Assembly (NCBI RefSeq): GCF_006345805.1
Contig: NC_043002.1
Location: forward strand, 51,088,001-51,152,000
DNA: 64,000 bases
Origin: Octopus sinensis
Lineage: Eukaryota
Direction: 5' to 3'
Shown here: in pieces, positions 58,604 to 64,000 of the stretch
Position numbering within the stretch: position 1 is the stretch's first letter
How the letters are laid out: each line of letters starts with the position of its first letter
Notes under the pieces: generated by a model
The model's database searches: none
Told to the model about the DNA's origin: nothing
The model's input: the letters and a program-made list of their open reading frames with translations, nothing else
Made by a program: the position numbers and the translations under genes

Positions 58604-59384
58604 ATGACAGTGTAGTTATGCTCGGGTTTTGTAAATGTGAAATTTGTTCTATCTAATTATATCTTGTTCTTTGAAAATTAATATTCATTAAATCATTTTG
58701 TACAAACACCAAGAAATTCGGTAAACGTTAAATTATAATTAATGTATGTATGCCATATTTCTTGATAATGTCCTTTATTGCAAAAATATACATCCAAAGG
58801 TACCCGCCATCTGGCGGGTAACATTTTCTCTGTTGGGTTATGAGATGAATTCACTCTCATTTTTGCAATATTATTTGAATTAACTCAAAAAATATTCTTA
58901 ACGTAGTGTTTTATGAGTTGTATGTGGCTCTCATCTTCTTCTACAACTTTTATTTATCGTTCTTGAAATTTGAATAAATTTTACATTTTGTTTTCAAACC
59001 TTTGAAAATTATAAAAAGGAATTAATCTGTTAACCCGATACTAACAGAATAAAACCGACCGTAGACCCCTCCATGTATGTTAATACCATTTTTAGGGCGA
59101 AGCTAAAAATGGTAGAAGCAAATTTTGATTAACCGAATCTTTGGTAATTAAAGGCTTCATCAACATACCCGAAAAGTAAGATTTTCAAACGAACGCAAAG
59201 AACACGCATTGTCCAAAACTCTAATCGATAATTACTACGCCGACATCTCTTCCGGAAAACGGTGCGGCCTGAACTGTAGCATTCTCTTCTACACAAACAA
59301 TATACTAACATTAACTGTAAGCACGTGTAAAGTTAGTGTATCTTTGACTACACTGGCTAGTGTGGTTTTTCTTTTAATTTTTGT

Positions 59385-59720
59385 CTTTTATTTGTTTCAG
59401 CCGTTGGACTGAAGCTATGCAAAAGTCACCACCTTGAAGAGTACAGACAAACAGATCAACCCCAGTATTCTAGCACTTATTCTCTCAGTTTCCTTTATCG
59501 AGTCACTAAGTTATGGTGACGTAAACAAACCAATGAACAGTTATAAAATGGCGAGGAGACAAACACAAGCAAACACAGAATACGAGGTCACACACACGCA
59601 TGACGGGCTTCCATAAGGTTTCTCTACCAAATTCACGGACAAGATATTGGTCTTCCTAGGGCTACTGCAAAAGGCACCAACAAAAAGGTTTTGCACAGTG
59701 GGATTAAACTCGAAACTACA
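59385..59720 (-). mobile_element. SINE family A, highly degenerate
   Basis: TTTGTTTCAG...GCACTTATTCT...CTAAGTTATGGTGACGTAAAC...CTACCAAATTCAC...CACAACCAT. Confidence 0.65.
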
Positions 59721-61246
59721 GGGAGCTTTTTCTCCGCACAACCATACCTGCGTCTTTTATTTAAAAAAAAAACAAAAAAAAAACGCTAAAGTAATATTTG
59801 TTGAAGATATGACTTCTAATTCCAGCAGATTGAGCGACCAGTTATAGGTTTCTTAGTTAACCGGTCTTTAATAACTCTTATATCTGTTACATTAAGAATG
59901 TTTATATTCAGAAGGAAAATGAATGCAGAAGATTGAAAAATTGGAAGTGATTGGTTCCTTCTCCCTTCTCTCTAGTCTTGGTTTTCCTGTCCTTCGTACA
60001 CCTCATATATCAGCTTTATGGTATACGAGATCGACTTCTCTCGCGGCCCTTTTCCTCGCTGTCTCCACATCATCACTTCATTACCATCCCTTCTTCATTT
60101 ACAAGCATTCAACCAAAGCGCCAAGTTCACTATTTCTCTCTCCGATTCTTTCTCTCCTCTTATTTCTTTCATTTTATTTCCCCTATTCGCGCTATATTCT
60201 TTCACTCTCTCTCTCTCACTCACACACACACTCTTTCTCTTTTTCTCTCTCTTATTTCTCTCTTCTTCACCCGCAGACGACGAGCAAGAACTGTAAATAT
60301 TACGTTACACAAATCTAGCGGCGAATGAACTTTAATAAACGACTTGTAGTTTCCCTCTAATATTACATTTACACTATTTAACGTAATTTGAACGAGATTT
60401 AGACGCTATGTCTAGCAAATAGCCCTTACATATAAAAGTTCCCTTATTGACTCGCCTTTATCAAATAGTGGAGCCGAAGCAAATAATGGTCTAACTCATC
60501 AAAAATCAACTGATGAAGTTATAAAATAGTATAAGTTTGTGATAGAAGGTGAATTGTAACGTTTCTTGCTGCGTTGATCGTAAGTGAAAACATCGATAGA
60601 ATATTCCAGTTCCTAACGGTTTACAAATCAGTTCAGTTATGTTAAACATTCCATCATGTTGTTGTTAATTTTACTTATCTTTCTGGCGGCTTTGGTGAAA
60701 GAGTTTGAACGAGATTGAAAGAGCAGTAAACACGCCTTTCTCTTTGGCTAAGGCCTCATTAACTTTTTCTATTTTCACTTGAAAAGAAAATTGAGAGCGG
60801 AAAGGCTCCACGAGTAGTCCTCTCTTGCCATTGTCAAGGAAATTTTTCTTGTTTAAATTTTTCTGTAATCCTACACTCTATCGTTCTGTACTGTCCGCGA
60901 TGTTCTTGGCAACCCTTAGTGGTTGATAAAGAAGATATGTTTTTTAGATCCAGTTGACCCAGACTGATAAAACCTTTGGAGGAAACAGATTAAGGCAAGA
61001 CCAGCATGTATTTTCATTTTAAGTCAAATATTGTGTAAGTTATGCAGTGTTTCTTTCCGGCGAAAGTAAAAGCCAGGCCCTGAACAGGCAGAATGTGCAA
61101 TAAAATACCTTGCGATATTTGTTTCTGATCTCTTCGTCCAGTGTTCAAATCTCGCCAGAATCAACTTTAGATTTCATCCTTCCGAGATTAATAAATATAC
61201 CTCTCAAATATTTGTTTCCATTTTCTCTCTCTCTCTCTTTCTCTTC

Positions 61247-61299
<53 letters not shown>

Positions 61300-61599
61300 T
61301 CTGCTGTGTATGACTGTGAGAAGGGACGTTCTAGACCACTCAGTTTTAATTTTTTAAGAAATAGATGTTTGAACAAGAGGATACCAACTTTTTTTTCTTC
61401 AAAAACTTCATATGCAATTAAACTCGTTTGAAAACCGGACCAATGCGTTTATTTTATACTATAGCACTGAACGAAAATATATATAAAAAGAAGAAACAAA
61501 TAAAGAAGTGACACTTGAGAGTCATTTAGTTTCTTTTTCTAACATTTCGGACCACACAGAGTTTCCACCAATTAGTTGTTCGGCAGTAGTAGCAGCAGC

Positions 61600-62345
61600 A
61601 ATATTGATTTCAAACTTTGGCAGAAGGCCAGCAATTTTGGAGGTGGTGGGGTAATTCGATTACACCGACACTAATGTTAAATCGGTGCTTATTTATTGAA
61701 CCCAAAATGATTAAAGGCAAAGTCGACTTCAGCGGAATTCGAACGCAGAACATGAAGACGGATAAAATGACGCTATGCAATTCTTGCCCAGCGTGATAAC
61801 AATTCTACAAGCTTGCTGCCTTCACGAACAGTAATTTTTTTTTTAAAGTTTCTTCCAAAGTTAGCCCTGTTCAAGATGTTCCAGTAACGACTAATGCATC
61901 TTTATTATTTCCTTTCAAATCTGACACAGTGTATCAAGGCAAAAAACGAAATGTGCTTTATTATCTTCTGGGTTTTTAAAGCGGCGAGCTGGCAGAAACG
62001 TAATGCTTATTATTATTTTGTCTGTTTTTACGTTCTGAGTACGAATTCCACCGAGGTCGATTTTGCCTTGATAAATTTACATCGACCCCAGTAGCATACT
62101 GGGGTCAATATAAACGACAGGCCTCCTCCCCAAATCTTTTGGGCCTTATACCTAGAGTAGTAAAGAATATTTTCCCCATCTTTAAAGGCTCTTTATGTTC
62201 TGAGTTCAAATCCCACCGAGGTCGACTTTGCTTTCATCCTTTCGTGGTTGATACATTAAGTACCAGTTGCGTAATGCGGTCGATTTAATCGACTGGTCCC
62301 CTCCCACAAAATTTTTGGCATTTGTGCCGGTATAAAAGATTATTT
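61600..62345. mobile_element. Family-B SINE copies (- ~61600-61825, + ~61975-62170, + ~62185-62345)
   Basis: GGCAAAGTCGACTTCAGCGGAATTCGAAC on minus; GCGGCGAGCTGGCAGAAACG and GAGTTCAAATCCCACCGAGGTCGACTTTG on plus. Confidence 0.8.
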
Positions 62346-62505
62346 TCTGGGTATTTACTGGGCCAAGTCGCTGATGTCGCTATAGTAAATAAATAAAACC
62401 ATGAAAGTAAAAAAAGAAAGTTGATTTTCTCAAATGAAATAAAATTGCTGATATCTATATTTGGATCGAAACCCAGAAAATCTTTGACATCATCACCTTG
62501 TATAC

Positions 62506-62541
<36 letters not shown>

Positions 62542-62804
62542 ATCACATACACATAATCTATATCAGTAACTCAGTCCGTCTACAAATATTTCTGCTTTCC
62601 TAACATTCACACTTGCCCAAGGAGGACGAATCGTAGACGTTTGGAGATTTATTACAATTCAAAGGTGGAGTCAGAAATTCGAAGAACAACGTTAACCCTG
62701 ATGGAAAAGCAGCAAATTGTAAAGATGATCATGCAAGTTGTAAAGGTCTTCATAGCTATATATACAAATGTATGTGTGGATTTTTATATAAATACATATG
62801 TATG

Positions 62805-62946
62805 TTAAAGCACATCGCTCAGTGCTTAGAGCGTTGGCTCACAATCATGAGGTAGTGAGTTCGATTCCCGGACCAGGCTATGTTGTGTTATTGAGCAAGA
62901 CTTTATTTTACGTTGTTCCTGTCAGCTGTAGAAATAAGTTGCGACA

Positions 62947-62948
<2 letters not shown>
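62805..62948 (+). mobile_element. SINE family D, 5' part
   Basis: GCTCAGTGCTTAGAGCG...CATGAGGTAGTGAGTTCGATTCCCGGACC...TTGAGCAAGACTTTATTTTACGTTG. Confidence 0.8.
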
Positions 62949-62980
<32 letters not shown>

Positions 62981-63109
62981 CTATATATGTATATATATTT
63001 TTTTCTCGAGCCATAATATAACTGGTAAGCAGTTTTTCATAGTGTATATGTGACTGAGATCACAATGAATTCCCTGAACAAGACACGGGTCCTTTGCCGC
63101 GCTCAACAC

Positions 63110-63300
63110 CAGCAATTTCGTGGGGAGGGGCTAGACGATTATATCGACCCACTTTTATTGGACTACCACTTTATTTTATCGACCTAGAAAGGACGGAAGA
63201 AAAAGATGACCAGTTTGAGTTCAGAACGTAAGGAGCCGGAAAAAATGTCCCTAAACATTTCGTCCGACGAGCTTTACAATTCTGTCCGCTCACCGCTTAA
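63110..63300 (-). mobile_element. Family-B SINE, degenerate
   Basis: GATTATATCGACCC...TTTATCGACC...GAGTTCAGAACGTAAG...CTAAACATTTCG. Confidence 0.65.
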
Positions 63301-63412
63301 GTACAAATATGCATACATGCATACGTATGTACACACGTTCATCTCTCACACACACACTCACATATGAACGTGATCATGCATACACACATATACATGCAAG
63401 CATACATACATA

Positions 63413-63451
<39 letters not shown>

Positions 63452-63587
63452 ATACACATATATACATACATTTGCGTGCACATAAATGACGAAACGGATT
63501 TGCATTAATACACATATTCTTATATACATACATACATACATACATACATACAGATATATATATATATCAATCTATCTATCTCTCTCC

Positions 63588-63628
<41 letters not shown>

Positions 63629-64000
63629 TGTGTGTGTGTCACAGGTGTATATATATATTTATAGGTTTAAACAAAAATGCCTATATTCACACAGACACAA
63701 ACACACACACACGTGTGTGTGTGTTGCGTGAATGCGTCTATGCGCACGCTCGCTTGTGTCTAAATTTCAAACTCCTCATGTCCCAAACATCGGTGTAATT
63801 TAAAGCAAAGCAGCAATAGAATATACATTACGGACATGAGTATTTACATAGAACTAGCTGTTAGAAGCAAAACTATCTAAAAAGAACTAAATTCAAATAG
63901 AATACCCCATATCCACACTCTGCCACATCCACATCAATGACCATTTCAGAACCAATTGTTAAGGATGGACAGAATATTCGAGAATGTGAATATCATGGAA

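Noticed and set aside
62640-62755. Candidate exon encoding ...NCKDDHASCKG (ShK-like)
   Set aside because: It has only two cysteines, a poor acceptor and a poor donor; a chance match is likely.

Overview
AT-rich, microsatellite-saturated eukaryotic DNA with no host protein-coding gene that I can support. Nearly all long ORFs in the track are translations of (TA)n, (CA)n, (TAT)n, (GGT)n or (GATA)n repeats. The repeat families and microsatellite density look like an octopus (coleoid cephalopod) genome; this is inference from memory, not a database match. Content: (i) dozens of copies of at least four tRNA-headed SINE families, including dense clusters; (ii) dead transposon relics: piggyBac (370-640), L1/Tx1 LINE (5525-5775 and 47172-48445), Penelope RT plus GIY-YIG (43700-45025), mariner (51795-52708), R4/Dong-type LINE 3' end (52793-53290) and a hAT/Charlie MITE with TSD (40147-40499); (iii) at least eight type I hammerhead-ribozyme-like motifs in short ORF-less modules next to microsatellites. 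One sits in each unit of a 605-bp tandem repeat with an inverted partial copy, which resembles Penelope pseudo-LTRs or retrozymes. A second pattern is a SINE subfamily whose distinctive tail is always joined to another copy of the same SINE inside its tRNA head. All RNA structures were folded by eye and need computational and biochemical confirmation.
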